From: Candidatus Buchananbacteria bacterium
GTDB lineage: Bacteria > Patescibacteriota > Patescibacteriia > Buchananbacterales > UBA6539
Direction of reading: 5' to 3'
Assembly (NCBI GenBank): GCA_041664165.1
Contig: JBAYLH010000001.1
Location: forward strand, 9,469-73,468
DNA: 64,000 nt
Both the position numbers and the translations under genes were made by a program. The notes beneath the pieces are model-generated. The model saw only the letters and a program-made list of their open reading frames with translations, was not told the origin of the DNA and searched no databases. Below, piece by piece: positions 28,866 to 36,664 of the stretch; within the stretch, counting starts at the first letter, position 1, and each line of letters starts with the position of its first letter.

Positions 28866-28939
28866 TGGCAGGGGCGGAAGGTGATGCTCCCTCGTCTGCG
28901 GTTTTGGAGACCGCCGTTCTACTGTTGAACTACGCCCCC
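28866..28939 (-). tRNA. tRNA-Trp(CCA)
   Basis: Acceptor GGGGGCG/CGCCCCT plus GCCA; anticodon arm GCGGT-CT CCA AA-ACCGC; atypical T-loop AGCATCA. Confidence 0.9.
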
Positions 28940-28954
28940 GTAAAAAACTCCAAC

Positions 28955-29206
28955 CTATTTTAATCCTAATCTTTTCATTAATGCCATATACACTGAACCA
29001 CTTGATTTTATTCCTTTTTCTCTTTTTAACGCCAGATATTTATCATTATATGCTTCATAATACAATAATCTTGGGTTTTTGTCCTTGGTTGTTTTTACCC
29101 GACCTGACAAATGTTCCTCTAACCTCTTTTTAAGATCCGAGGCATAACCAATATAAAAATCTTTATTTTTAATACCATCAATTTTTAATAAATAAACGTA
29201 GTACAT
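28955..29206 (-). CDS. Small GIY-YIG nuclease
   Basis: YYVYLL...FYIGY..DLKKRLEEH...YYEAY...ALKREKGIK. Confidence 0.88.
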   Translation of the reverse strand: MYYVYLLKIDGIKNKDFYIGYASDLKKRLEEHLSGRVKTTKDKNPRLLYYEAYNDKYLALKREKGIKSSGSVYMALMKRLGLK

Positions 29207-29215
29207 AATCGACTA

Positions 29216-29312
29216 GTTTTGGAGACACCCGTCGCTCGCGAGCCACGTCGCACGTGTGCGACTGTGGCGAGCAACGGGTGAGACCGCCGTTCTACTGTTG
29301 AACTACGCCCCC
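29216..29312 (-). pseudogene. 5' part of tRNA-Trp interrupted by a 53-nt hairpin with a GAGAC duplication
   Basis: Identical to the 5' 39 nt of the intact tRNA-Trp apart from the insert at 29227-29279 and the duplicated GAGAC. Confidence 0.85.
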
Positions 29313-29339
29313 ATGGCCAAAAGTCCCGATGGCCGGGAC

Positions 29340-29495
29340 TTACTTGGTTTCTTTATGTGTTACATGCTTTTTACAATGCTTGCAGAATTTTTTCATTTCC
29401 AGTCGGTTCTTAAGAGTCTTTTTATTCTTTTTGGAAAAATAATTCACTCTTTTACAGGCAGTGCATTCTAATTTTATCAGGTTGTCTTGGGACAT
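29340..29495 (-). CDS. rpmG: 50S ribosomal protein L33 (zinc-binding type); not in the ORF track
   Basis: Own translation: [51 protein letters not shown]. Confidence 0.93.
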   Translation of the reverse strand: MSQDNLIKLECTACKRVNYFSKKNKKTLKNRLEMKKFCKHCKKHVTHKETK

Positions 29496-29498
29496 AAA

Positions 29499-29548
29499 TT
29501 AGGTATTAGGTTATTAGGTGTTAGGTTGCTAGGTATTAGCTGTTAGTT
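29499..29548. repeat. TTAGGT(A/G/T) tandem array
   Basis: ttaggta ttaggtt attaggtg ttaggtt gctaggta ttagctg; same family at 43709-43765. Confidence 0.8.
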
Positions 29549-29668
29549 TTAAAGCCAACAGCTCCGATTTTAAGCTGGGACGACCTACTTATTTATCCCG
29601 ACTTCTTTATTTTTTTTAAACAATTCGGTACGTCGGGACAAAACAGTTGTTCCACCTGCCCTTGCCTT

Positions 29669-29846
29669 AGCCGACGGGGTGATTTGAACACCCGACCAAT
29701 AGTTTATCCCGATTTTATTTAAAATTTTACTGGAGCCGGGGACAGGAATTGAACCTGCGACCAATAGTTTACAAAACTACTGCTCTACCGCTGAGCTACC
29801 CCGGCTCGGGCTAAGGCGGGCAGGTCTACCACTGAACTATCCCGGC
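29669..29846 (-). pseudogene. Fragmented outer tRNA-Thr enclosing an intact tRNA-Thr(TGT)
   Basis: 5' piece GCCGGGATAGTTCAGTGGTAG (29846-29826); 3' piece TAAACTATTGGTCGGGTGTTCAAATCACCC...CGGCT (29706-29669). Confidence 0.75.
29731..29805 (-). tRNA. tRNA-Thr(TGT)
   Basis: Acceptor GCCGGGG/CCCCGGC plus TCCA; anticodon loop TT TGT AA; T arm GCAGG-TTCAATT-CCTGT. Confidence 0.95.
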
Positions 29847-29865
29847 TCGCGGGAGCAGGTCTAAA

Positions 29866-29951
29866 TGGTGGGTGGAGCAGGATTCGAACCTACGTAGGCG
29901 TAAGCCAGCTGATTTACAGTCAGCCCTCGTTGACCGCTTGAGTATCCACCC
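29866..29951 (-). tRNA. tRNA-Tyr(GTA)
   Basis: Acceptor GGGTGGA/TCCACCC plus ACCA; GCTGA-CT GTA AA-TCAGC; long variable arm. Confidence 0.95.
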
Positions 29952-29960
29952 ATGGATTTA

Positions 29961-30200
29961 TTATTTCAAAATACTATCTAAATATTTTCTGCCTTGACCT
30001 GATTTTAAAAATTTTTCTCTTTTCATTGTCTCAGCTCTAGTTGAAAACTCTTCTTGATAAACTAACAGCCAAGGTCTCCTTCCTTTGGTATATCTGCACT
30101 TGCTCCGATTATGCTCCTCTATTCTCTTAACGACATTTTCCGTACTGCCAATATACCTATTTAAATATTTTACACTTTTTAAGACATAAACATAATACAT
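29961..30200 (-). CDS. Small GIY-YIG nuclease
   Basis: MYYVYVLKS...RYIGST....RIEEHN...YTKGRRPW...EEF...REKFLKSGQGR. Start placed at 30200. Confidence 0.9.
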   Translation of the reverse strand: MYYVYVLKSVKYLNRYIGSTENVVKRIEEHNRSKCRYTKGRRPWLLVYQEEFSTRAETMKREKFLKSGQGRKYLDSILK

Positions 30201-30223
30201 AGCAACATATATATAGTCAGCAA

Positions 30224-30437
30224 GGTTGGGCGGATTCCCCGCCAGAGCCTGTCTGTCGGCAGACAAGGCGAGTGCGCCTCTTGAGCCAGAGGCTCATCTG
30301 TTTTCGGTATGAGGCGCAGAACCTACGTAGGCGTAAGCCAGCTGATTTATGATGCCAAAGGCACATCCGCCTTACCCGCCTCTGGTGTGGCCTTCCGGCG
30401 GACAGTCAGCCCTCGTTGACCGCTTGAGTATCCACCC
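30224..30437 (-). pseudogene. tRNA-Tyr copy interrupted in the anticodon (53 nt) and T-loop (81 nt)
   Basis: Matches the intact tRNA-Tyr except for inserts at 30350-30402 and 30238-30318; the 3' acceptor strand is degenerate. Confidence 0.85.
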
Positions 30438-30446
30438 ATGGATTTA

Positions 30447-30504
30447 TTATTTCAAAATACTATCTAAATATTTTCTGCCCTGGCCTGATTTTAAAAATTT
30501 TTCT
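30447..30504 (-). pseudogene. 3' remnant of a second GIY-YIG gene copy
   Basis: 30402-30504 repeats 29916-30018 with two mismatches, both synonymous in the GIY-YIG frame. Confidence 0.8.
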
Positions 30505-30579
30505 GGAGCCCACTCGCGGATTTGAACCGCGGACCTACTCCTTACCATGGAGTTGCTCTACCAACTGAGCTAAGTGGGC
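30504..30579 (-). tRNA. tRNA-Thr(GGT)
   Basis: Acceptor GCCCACT/AGTGGGC plus TCCA; ACTCC-AT GGT AA-GGAGT; CGCGG-TTCAAAT-CCGCG. Confidence 0.95.
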
Positions 30580-30591
30580 AAAAAATCAAAA

Positions 30592-31419
30592 TTACTTCTC
30601 TAAATCAGGCAAACTGTCAATTTCCTCTTTCAATTCCGAAAGCTTTTGATTGCCCGGATCGGCCGCCTTTAAATCAGAAAAGGCCTGCCAGGCCAGCTTT
30701 TTGTTCTTTAATATTATACTCATTTTCAATAATAAGTCAAGAAAACGCGGGTTAGTCGGTTCGAGTTCAACTGCTTTTTGAAAATTGCTTAAACTGAAAT
30801 TCTGCTTGTTTTCAAGCTGATAAACCCAGCCAAGATCGGCATAGCAATTGGCTAAGCGGTGTTTATTCGACCCATCTTCGGTTTGACTAACATTTTTATT
30901 CAATAATTTAAGCAAATAGCGGCAAGTCTCCCGCGCTTTTTTATAATCTTTTTGACCCAGATAAACGTCCGCTAAATAATCATAGACATCCAAATTCTGG
31001 GGATCTAATTCAACAATCGAAATGCCGATTTCTTCCGCTCTGGCAAATTCCTGAGCCGCCAGCGCTTTTTCCAGTTCGGCTAATTTATCTTTGACTTGGC
31101 CGCTAATATCAATTTCCTTCAACGGCTGATTTCTTTTTAAACTCTGTTTTTCCAGTTCAAGAGTTTTTTGATAAAAATCTTTCGCCGTAGTTTTAATATT
31201 TTCGACTAGCGGCTTGGAAATATCAACGGTAGCTCGCCTTAGATTGGAATAGCTTCTGGCCAGGCGTTCAATCATAATCCGGTTTTTAACTTTATTTTCC
31301 TTTTCCTTGGCGATTGATTCAATATTAATCGCCGCCAAATTGGGAAACTTTTTAACCACGATAAAAATTATTATCGATAAGCTGATAATAATGATAATTA
31401 AAGGTATGAGATAAAGCAT
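30592..31419 (-). CDS. Membrane-anchored TPR protein
   Basis: N-terminal TM helix; TPR motifs (VYDYLADVYLGQKDYKKA; CYADLGWVY...FQKAVELEPTNP). Confidence 0.8.
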   Translation of the reverse strand: MLYLIPLIIIIISLSIIIFIVVKKFPNLAAINIESIAKEKENKVKNRIMIERLARSYSNLRRATVDISKPLVENIKTTAKDFYQKTLELEKQSLKRNQPLKEIDISGQVKDKLAELEKALAAQEFARAEEIGISIVELDPQNLDVYDYLADVYLGQKDYKKARETCRYLLKLLNKNVSQTEDGSNKHRLANCYADLGWVYQLENKQNFSLSNFQKAVELEPTNPRFLDLLLKMSIILKNKKLAWQAFSDLKAADPGNQKLSELKEEIDSLPDLEK

Positions 31420-31476
31420 GGCCTTAAAAAACTAACGGCAGCAAATTAGCTTGAAACTTGCTACCGATATTATTAG

Positions 31477-32232
31477 CTAAATATTTTTTATTAAGCTACC
31501 AAACTCAGCGGCTTTGATTGAAGCGGCGCCGACTAAAACTCCGGCCGTATTTTCCAAACCGATAAAATCAGTAATATTAGTTTGATCAACGCTCCCGCCA
31601 TAAATAACCCGGAAATTATTCTTGACCAAAACGGCCGGAAACAGGTCAAACAAACTTTGGCGGATTACCTGGTGGGCGGCGGCGGCTTCTTGGGGCTCAA
31701 TCGCCTGGCCGGAGCCAATCACCCAAACCGGTTCATAGGCAATGATTAGCTGATTTTTGTCTTCGACCTCCAGCCCTTCCAAGGCTTTGGCAGTTTGCTC
31801 GATTAAAACATAATCCTTAGCGCCGTCTTGCCGCTGCTGAAAAGTTTCACCGACGCAGATAATCGGCGTCAAGCCGGCTTTCAAGGCCATAACCACTTTT
31901 TGATGAACCATGTCATCGGTTTCGTTCAAATATTTGCGCCGCTCGGAATGGCCTAAAATTACAAATTCGCAGCCGATTTCTTTAAGCTGGCTGGCCGAAA
32001 CTTCGCCCGTATAAGCGCCTTTGTCTTCCCAAAAGCAGTCTTGCGCTCCCAGTTTGATACCGCTGCCTTTTAATATATTTCCCACGGCAACCAGACTGAC
32101 AAAGGACGGGCAAACCACGGTTTCAACTTCGGCCGAAACACTGCCTTTGACGGCCGTGGCTAGCTGGACGCTTTCGGCCGCGCCCAATTTCATCTTCCAA
32201 TTGGCGATAACGATTGGCTTTTTATTGGACAT
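31477..32232 (-). CDS. tpiA: Triosephosphate isomerase
   Basis: ANWKM, GHSERR, AYEPVWVIG, YGGSV, GVLVGAAS. Confidence 0.96.
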   Translation of the reverse strand: MSNKKPIVIANWKMKLGAAESVQLATAVKGSVSAEVETVVCPSFVSLVAVGNILKGSGIKLGAQDCFWEDKGAYTGEVSASQLKEIGCEFVILGHSERRKYLNETDDMVHQKVVMALKAGLTPIICVGETFQQRQDGAKDYVLIEQTAKALEGLEVEDKNQLIIAYEPVWVIGSGQAIEPQEAAAAHQVIRQSLFDLFPAVLVKNNFRVIYGGSVDQTNITDFIGLENTAGVLVGAASIKAAEFGSLIKNI

Positions 32233-32390
32233 AATGAGTAAATTATGGCATAAAATTGAAAATTATCACTTTACTATTATATAATTTTTCCGTATAAATC
32301 TCAAGACTATAAAAACATCAAAAATTAATAAATTAAGAAATTAAATTGCTTTTTTAATTTTTTACTTTTCTATTTTCTTAATTTCTTAAA

Positions 32391-33293
32391 CTACGGCCAG
32401 ACATAATTTCTAAACACCCAATCAACTAACCCCTTGGCTTCCTGCCAACGATCAGTAATGCTGGCCGCCCCGAGTATCACTAACGTTAAATCAGGACCAT
32501 TATTTTTTTTCAGCTGCAAAAGCAAGCAATAGCCGGCCTCGTTAAGATAGCCGGTTTTAGCGCCTAAAATTTGATATTCGCCTTGATTTAAAAAACTGCC
32601 CAGCAAGCGGTCGGTGTTAACTGCCCGGCTCTGGCGCTGATTATTTAAAACTAAAAACGGATGTTCCTCGCTCGTTACCGCTTGGGCAATTTCCGGCCGG
32701 GCGAAAGCGGCCTGGGCTAGTTTCGCCAAATCAGCGGGTGAAGAAACATTGCCCGGCTCCACGCCGCTGGGGTCAATAAAATAAGTATCCGCCATCCCTA
32801 ATTCTTTGGCCTTATGGTTCATCGCCGCGGCAAAATCCGGCAAGCCAATACTTTTAGCCAAAGCCACGGCGGCTTCGTTAGTTGACGATACCAGCATCAA
32901 ATAAAACAAATCTTTGACCGTCACTTCTTCGCCGGGCAAAAGATTGACCAATCCCCCTTCGCGCTGGTCATCTTTAGTAATCATCACTTTTTTATTCCAG
33001 TCCGGTTTGGCGTCTAAAACCACCAAGGCATTCATTAGTTTGGTGATGCTGGCAATCGGTAAAATTAAGTCGGGACTTTTGCTGTATAAAACGGTGCCAG
33101 TGGCGTTATCAATAACCAAAATACTTTTGGCCGTTGTCTGCAAGCCGAAACTGTTATTGGCAACTCTTTGCGGCAAAACTTTAGAAGCGGCGGCAAAGGC
33201 ATAAGAATTATCAGCCGGCTTGGCAATTAAAAAATTAAAGCCGCTAGGAATTAGCAGGCTGGCAAAAATTAGGCTGGCAAGAAAATTAAACAT
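32391..33293 (-). CDS. D-Ala-D-Ala carboxypeptidase/endopeptidase (peptidase S11)
   Basis: SxxK (SITK), SxN (STN) and KTG motifs. Confidence 0.9.
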   Translation of the reverse strand: MFNFLASLIFASLLIPSGFNFLIAKPADNSYAFAAASKVLPQRVANNSFGLQTTAKSILVIDNATGTVLYSKSPDLILPIASITKLMNALVVLDAKPDWNKKVMITKDDQREGGLVNLLPGEEVTVKDLFYLMLVSSTNEAAVALAKSIGLPDFAAAMNHKAKELGMADTYFIDPSGVEPGNVSSPADLAKLAQAAFARPEIAQAVTSEEHPFLVLNNQRQSRAVNTDRLLGSFLNQGEYQILGAKTGYLNEAGYCLLLQLKKNNGPDLTLVILGAASITDRWQEAKGLVDWVFRNYVWP

Positions 33294-33300
33294 AGTTTAA

Positions 33301-33342
33301 ATATCAGATATCAGAAAACAGAAATAAGAGATCAGAGATAAG
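33301..33342. repeat. Heptamer array (6 units) downstream of the four-helix-bundle gene
   Basis: atatcag atatcag aaaacag aaataag agatcag agataag. Confidence 0.85.
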
Positions 33343-33353
33343 TTTAGATTAAT

Positions 33354-33725
33354 TTATTTTAATTTTTGTTTATTGCTATTAATCCAGCCATAAAGTATTT
33401 TACTAGTCTCTTCTGTTTCTTGAGCTATTTGGTTATATTCTTTTTGATCTAATAATTTTAGGTCAAAACTTAGCATCAATTGATATTTTAATTCTTCAAG
33501 TGAACCCTGGGCAATATTATAAAAATTAAGACTATCTTTTACTGTTTTTCTACGGAATCCTTCAACAATATTACAGGCTAATGATACAACCGCCCGTCTC
33601 ATCTGAGAAACTAGACCGAATTTTTCTTCAGCCGGAAAAAATTTAGTAATCTCATAAACATGCAAAGCAAGATTATGAGACTTCTGCCAAACAATTAAAT
33701 CTTTAAACGTTCTAATTTGCGCCAT
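33354..33725 (-). CDS. Four-helix-bundle protein (23S rRNA IVS protein / bAvd-like family)
   Basis: FKDLIVWQKS, FPAEEKFGLVSQMRRA, NIVEG, IAQGSLEEL. Confidence 0.92.
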   Translation of the reverse strand: MAQIRTFKDLIVWQKSHNLALHVYEITKFFPAEEKFGLVSQMRRAVVSLACNIVEGFRRKTVKDSLNFYNIAQGSLEELKYQLMLSFDLKLLDQKEYNQIAQETEETSKILYGWINSNKQKLK

Positions 33726-33781
33726 AATTTATTATATTAATAATTAGTTGGCGCTATGTTGATTAATATCTAAATCTGCTT

Positions 33782-33844
33782 CTATTTACTGCTCTCTGTT
33801 TTCTGATTTCTGCTATCTGCTCTCTGCCATCTGCTCTCTATTCT
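33782..33844. repeat. Heptamer array (9 units), inverted relative to 33301-33342 and overlapping the scpB 3' end
   Basis: ctattta ctgctct ctgtttt ctgattt ctgctat ctgctct ctgccat ctgctct ctattct. Confidence 0.85.
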
Positions 33845-34379
33845 CCGGGCTTAATATTTTTTCCAAACTTTCGCTGGAATTCAATTTGTCATAATCAGGC
33901 AGCTGCGACGGTTCATTAATTCCTAAAAAGTTGAGAAAGTCAAAAGTGATGCTGTAAGTGGTTTGCATTTTCTTTTTATCATCATGGCTTTCCACTAAGC
34001 CCCGAATCAAAAGATTGCGTAAAATTATGGCACAGTTGACTCCCCGGATTTGCTCCAGTTCCGCCCGGGTAACTGGTCCGCGATAAGCGATAATGGTCAA
34101 TGTCTCCAAAGCCGGCCGGGTTAATTCGCCGGTAGTTTCTTCTTTGATAAAATCTTTAACCATTTTGCCGTTGTCGGCCAAAGTTACCATTTGGACTTTG
34201 TCGCCGATTCGCTGGACCTGAATTCCTTTGTCTGGCTGGTTGTAATCAGCCATCAATTCCTTAATTCCTTGCTCAACTTTATCTTTTTCGGCCTTGGTTA
34301 AATCCACTAAGCGCTTAACACCCAAGGGCTGATTAGAAACAAAAAGCAGGCTTTCAATTTTTGATTTTAGACTGGGCAT
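33813..34379 (-). CDS. scpB: SMC-Scp complex subunit ScpB
   Basis: IESLLFVS, ALETLTIIAYRGPVTRAELEQIRGVN. Confidence 0.95.
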   Translation of the reverse strand: MPSLKSKIESLLFVSNQPLGVKRLVDLTKAEKDKVEQGIKELMADYNQPDKGIQVQRIGDKVQMVTLADNGKMVKDFIKEETTGELTRPALETLTIIAYRGPVTRAELEQIRGVNCAIILRNLLIRGLVESHDDKKKMQTTYSITFDFLNFLGINEPSQLPDYDKLNSSESLEKILSPENREQMAESR

Positions 34380-34459
34380 AAATCTTGAAATTTAAAGCCC
34401 AAAACTTAAATAATACTCCGAGTTTTAGGCTAACTATATTATATCAAATTTTTTTAACC

Positions 34460-34488
34460 TTGACAAAAATAGTAATTTATGCTAAGAT
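34460..34488 (+). promoter_or_regulatory. Sigma70 promoter
   Basis: TTGACA-N17-TAAGAT with an extended -10 TG. Confidence 0.65.
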
Positions 34489-34585
34489 TAGCTGCTATTG
34501 CTCATTGAATTATCCTTTTAATCCTGCCGGTTAGAAGGTTGAATCTGTTAGAACAAAACAACACAAAAAGAAGGAGGATTCTGCA

Positions 34586-35149
34586 TTGGATACAACACCA
34601 AAAAACCATTTCGCCTTCCTGGTAACACACGGCGAAAAGGAGGATTGTCCAGATCCAGGGATGACGCCGCAAGGTATGAAGCGCGTCGAGTCACTGCGCA
34701 AACCACTGGCCGAATTTCTGCCCAACGGGCCTTCCCAAGTTCATATCGGACTGGGCAAGCGACAACAGGAAGTGGCCGATGCTCTGGGACTGGAAGAACA
34801 CAGCCCCTTTTACTCCGCAGTTTGGGGAGGACCGGAAACAGAGACCAGGCGCGGTGGCAAGTCTTTGATAATGCTGCCAAACGGCCGACTAATTGACTGG
34901 GAACACTACCTGTCAACCATGCATTTGCAGTCGGCGATTTTCCAGGCGATCACTGGCTTACCGGACGGTGCTGTCATCTGTTCCGGCCGACCGGTTCTCA
35001 TCCGGCTCGGTATGGCGCTGACCGACCAATGTTGCCAAAGCGGGGCGTTGTATACCATCCGTTTTACCCCCGGCGACCCCGATTCGATCGAAGTCGAATT
35101 GAAAGTTACCGGCGTCAACCTCGGCGACGACAAAGGCGCGGCAGTTTAA
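34586..35149 (+). CDS. Divergent histidine-phosphatase-superfamily protein
   Basis: SD AAGGAGG with TTG start; FLVTHGE (RHG-like), DPGMTPQG, GKRQQEVA. Confidence 0.6.
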   Translation: MDTTPKNHFAFLVTHGEKEDCPDPGMTPQGMKRVESLRKPLAEFLPNGPSQVHIGLGKRQQEVADALGLEEHSPFYSAVWGGPETETRRGGKSLIMLPNGRLIDWEHYLSTMHLQSAIFQAITGLPDGAVICSGRPVLIRLGMALTDQCCQSGALYTIRFTPGDPDSIEVELKVTGVNLGDDKGAAV

Positions 35150-35169
35150 GCCGCACCGGCAAAAACAAA

Positions 35170-35205
35170 CAGGCACCAGGCCAATTGAGTCTGGTGCCTT
35201 TTCTT
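35170..35205. terminator. Bidirectional terminator
   Basis: aggcaccag-(loop)-ctggtgcct followed by a T-run, between convergent genes. Confidence 0.75.
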
Positions 35206-35222
35206 TTTTTTAAGCATTCTAA

Positions 35223-36662
35223 CTATTTCAATTTTGTTGCCAGCCCCTTATCTGCATCAACTTCGACTAAATCACCGGTTTTAAAAATCTTAGTTGCAAA
35301 CTTAGTCCCAATAATGCACGGCTTTTTAAATTCCCGAGATATTATCGCCGCATGGCTCAGTACTCCCCCTTCGTCAGTTACCACCGCGGCGGCTTGTTTG
35401 ACTAATGACACCATATTCGTTGTCGTCATTTGGGTTACTAAAATGCTGCCTTTTTTAAATTTAACTTTAGAAAAATCAACTCCCGTTTGAATCAGCATCA
35501 CTCGACCCGTTACCTTGCCGTTATAGGCGGCAAAGCCAGAGACCTTTAAAGACTTAGCTATGGTTGGCTCTAAAATTTTTCGGATTCTTTTAATTTCCGC
35601 CGTCGTTAAAACCTGCCAGCGGCCATGAAGCATTAATACCCCGTTGTCTTTAAACCGGCGGGCAATTTCTCGCTTATTGATTTTGCCGGAAATTACTTCC
35701 GGCGGGGTCAATTCAATAAATTGTTCATAAGACAAGTCAAGTGTTTTGGCTAATTTTTCAAACAATGGCCGAACCAAATAATAAATCCGGGTTGCTTCCT
35801 CAATTTTAACCGAATGCCAATGAGTTGCTTCGGCTAAAATATCAGCCATTTTTTTCAGCCGCTGGCTGGGCCAGTGCGATAAAATTTGCCGACGCTGAGA
35901 AATCAATTTCAGCCGGTCGCGTTCAGCTACTCGCAGCAAAGCCGCTGGATTTTTTCTAAGTAATGGTAGCAATTCTTTTTTCAGCTGTTGAATCGTCAAC
36001 GGATGCTGCTGATACAACCAGGAATTTTTCCAACCCCAATAATTACGGTGCTTCAAGATGTCTCTTTCGTGTTTTTTTAGGCCATCGTTTTTAATTTTTG
36101 CCGCCAATTTCAATAATGCAACATGCTCCTGATTATGTAAAGTCTTTTTCGGCGATTGGCCTAAAATTTTAAATAAACGGGAAAAATCATGCGGCGAAAT
36201 TTTTAGTTCATTAAATAAATCCCTGATTTCAAATTCAATGGCATCGCCTAATAAAAACGGCAAATAGCACCAATGCCAAATTATATTAATCTGCCGTTCA
36301 AACTCAAGATACAATTTTTTTAATTGCTGCTCGCTGAATTCTTCTTTTTCAAGACGCGGTTGAAGGCGGCGAACCCAGTTGGAAAGCTTTTTTGATTCTA
36401 AAAAATATCGCCGAAACCATTGAAAAGCCTGCTCTGGCCGGCGACTTAAAATACTTCTAAGTTCCTTAATTAATGCCTGCGACTCCGACTCTGATAAATA
36501 AGAACCGCCGCTGATCCGGCAATAAGTCTTTATCCGAGACTTAAAATTGCCGACTCGGTGAGTCCTTAAGAGTCCTTGATTCAGTTCATAAATTAAAAGG
36601 GTGGGATACTTGCCCCGAGCTACAATTTTTCGCCAATTTTGCGCCGACGGAATTTTTAGCAT
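35223..36662 (-). CDS. PEP-utiliser swivel (phospho-His) domain protein with a helical N-terminal domain
   Basis: C-terminal GKVTGRV, ILVTQMT, AAAVVTDEGGVLSHAAIISREFKKPCIIG, GDLVEVDADKG. No ATP-grasp or PEP barrel is evident. Confidence 0.85.
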   Translation of the reverse strand: MLKIPSAQNWRKIVARGKYPTLLIYELNQGLLRTHRVGNFKSRIKTYCRISGGSYLSESESQALIKELRSILSRRPEQAFQWFRRYFLESKKLSNWVRRLQPRLEKEEFSEQQLKKLYLEFERQINIIWHWCYLPFLLGDAIEFEIRDLFNELKISPHDFSRLFKILGQSPKKTLHNQEHVALLKLAAKIKNDGLKKHERDILKHRNYWGWKNSWLYQQHPLTIQQLKKELLPLLRKNPAALLRVAERDRLKLISQRRQILSHWPSQRLKKMADILAEATHWHSVKIEEATRIYYLVRPLFEKLAKTLDLSYEQFIELTPPEVISGKINKREIARRFKDNGVLMLHGRWQVLTTAEIKRIRKILEPTIAKSLKVSGFAAYNGKVTGRVMLIQTGVDFSKVKFKKGSILVTQMTTTNMVSLVKQAAAVVTDEGGVLSHAAIISREFKKPCIIGTKFATKIFKTGDLVEVDADKGLATKLK

Positions 36663-36664
36663 AT

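Noticed and set aside
30201-30266. Longer ORF-track starts for GIY-YIG (30266), rarA (15970), pyrB (47558), pyrD (48438) and pyrK (49222)
   Set aside because: The extensions run through repeats or upstream genes; downstream ATGs fit family N-termini and SD positions better.
29227-30402. tRNA inserts as group I or BHB introns
   Set aside because: At 53-81 nt they are too short for a group I core, no bulge-helix-bulge is evident, the host copies lack intact 3' ends, and intact copies lie alongside.
33354-33725. Diversity-generating retroelement (Avd-like gene)
   Set aside because: No reverse transcriptase and no TR/VR pair with adenine-specific mismatches in the window.
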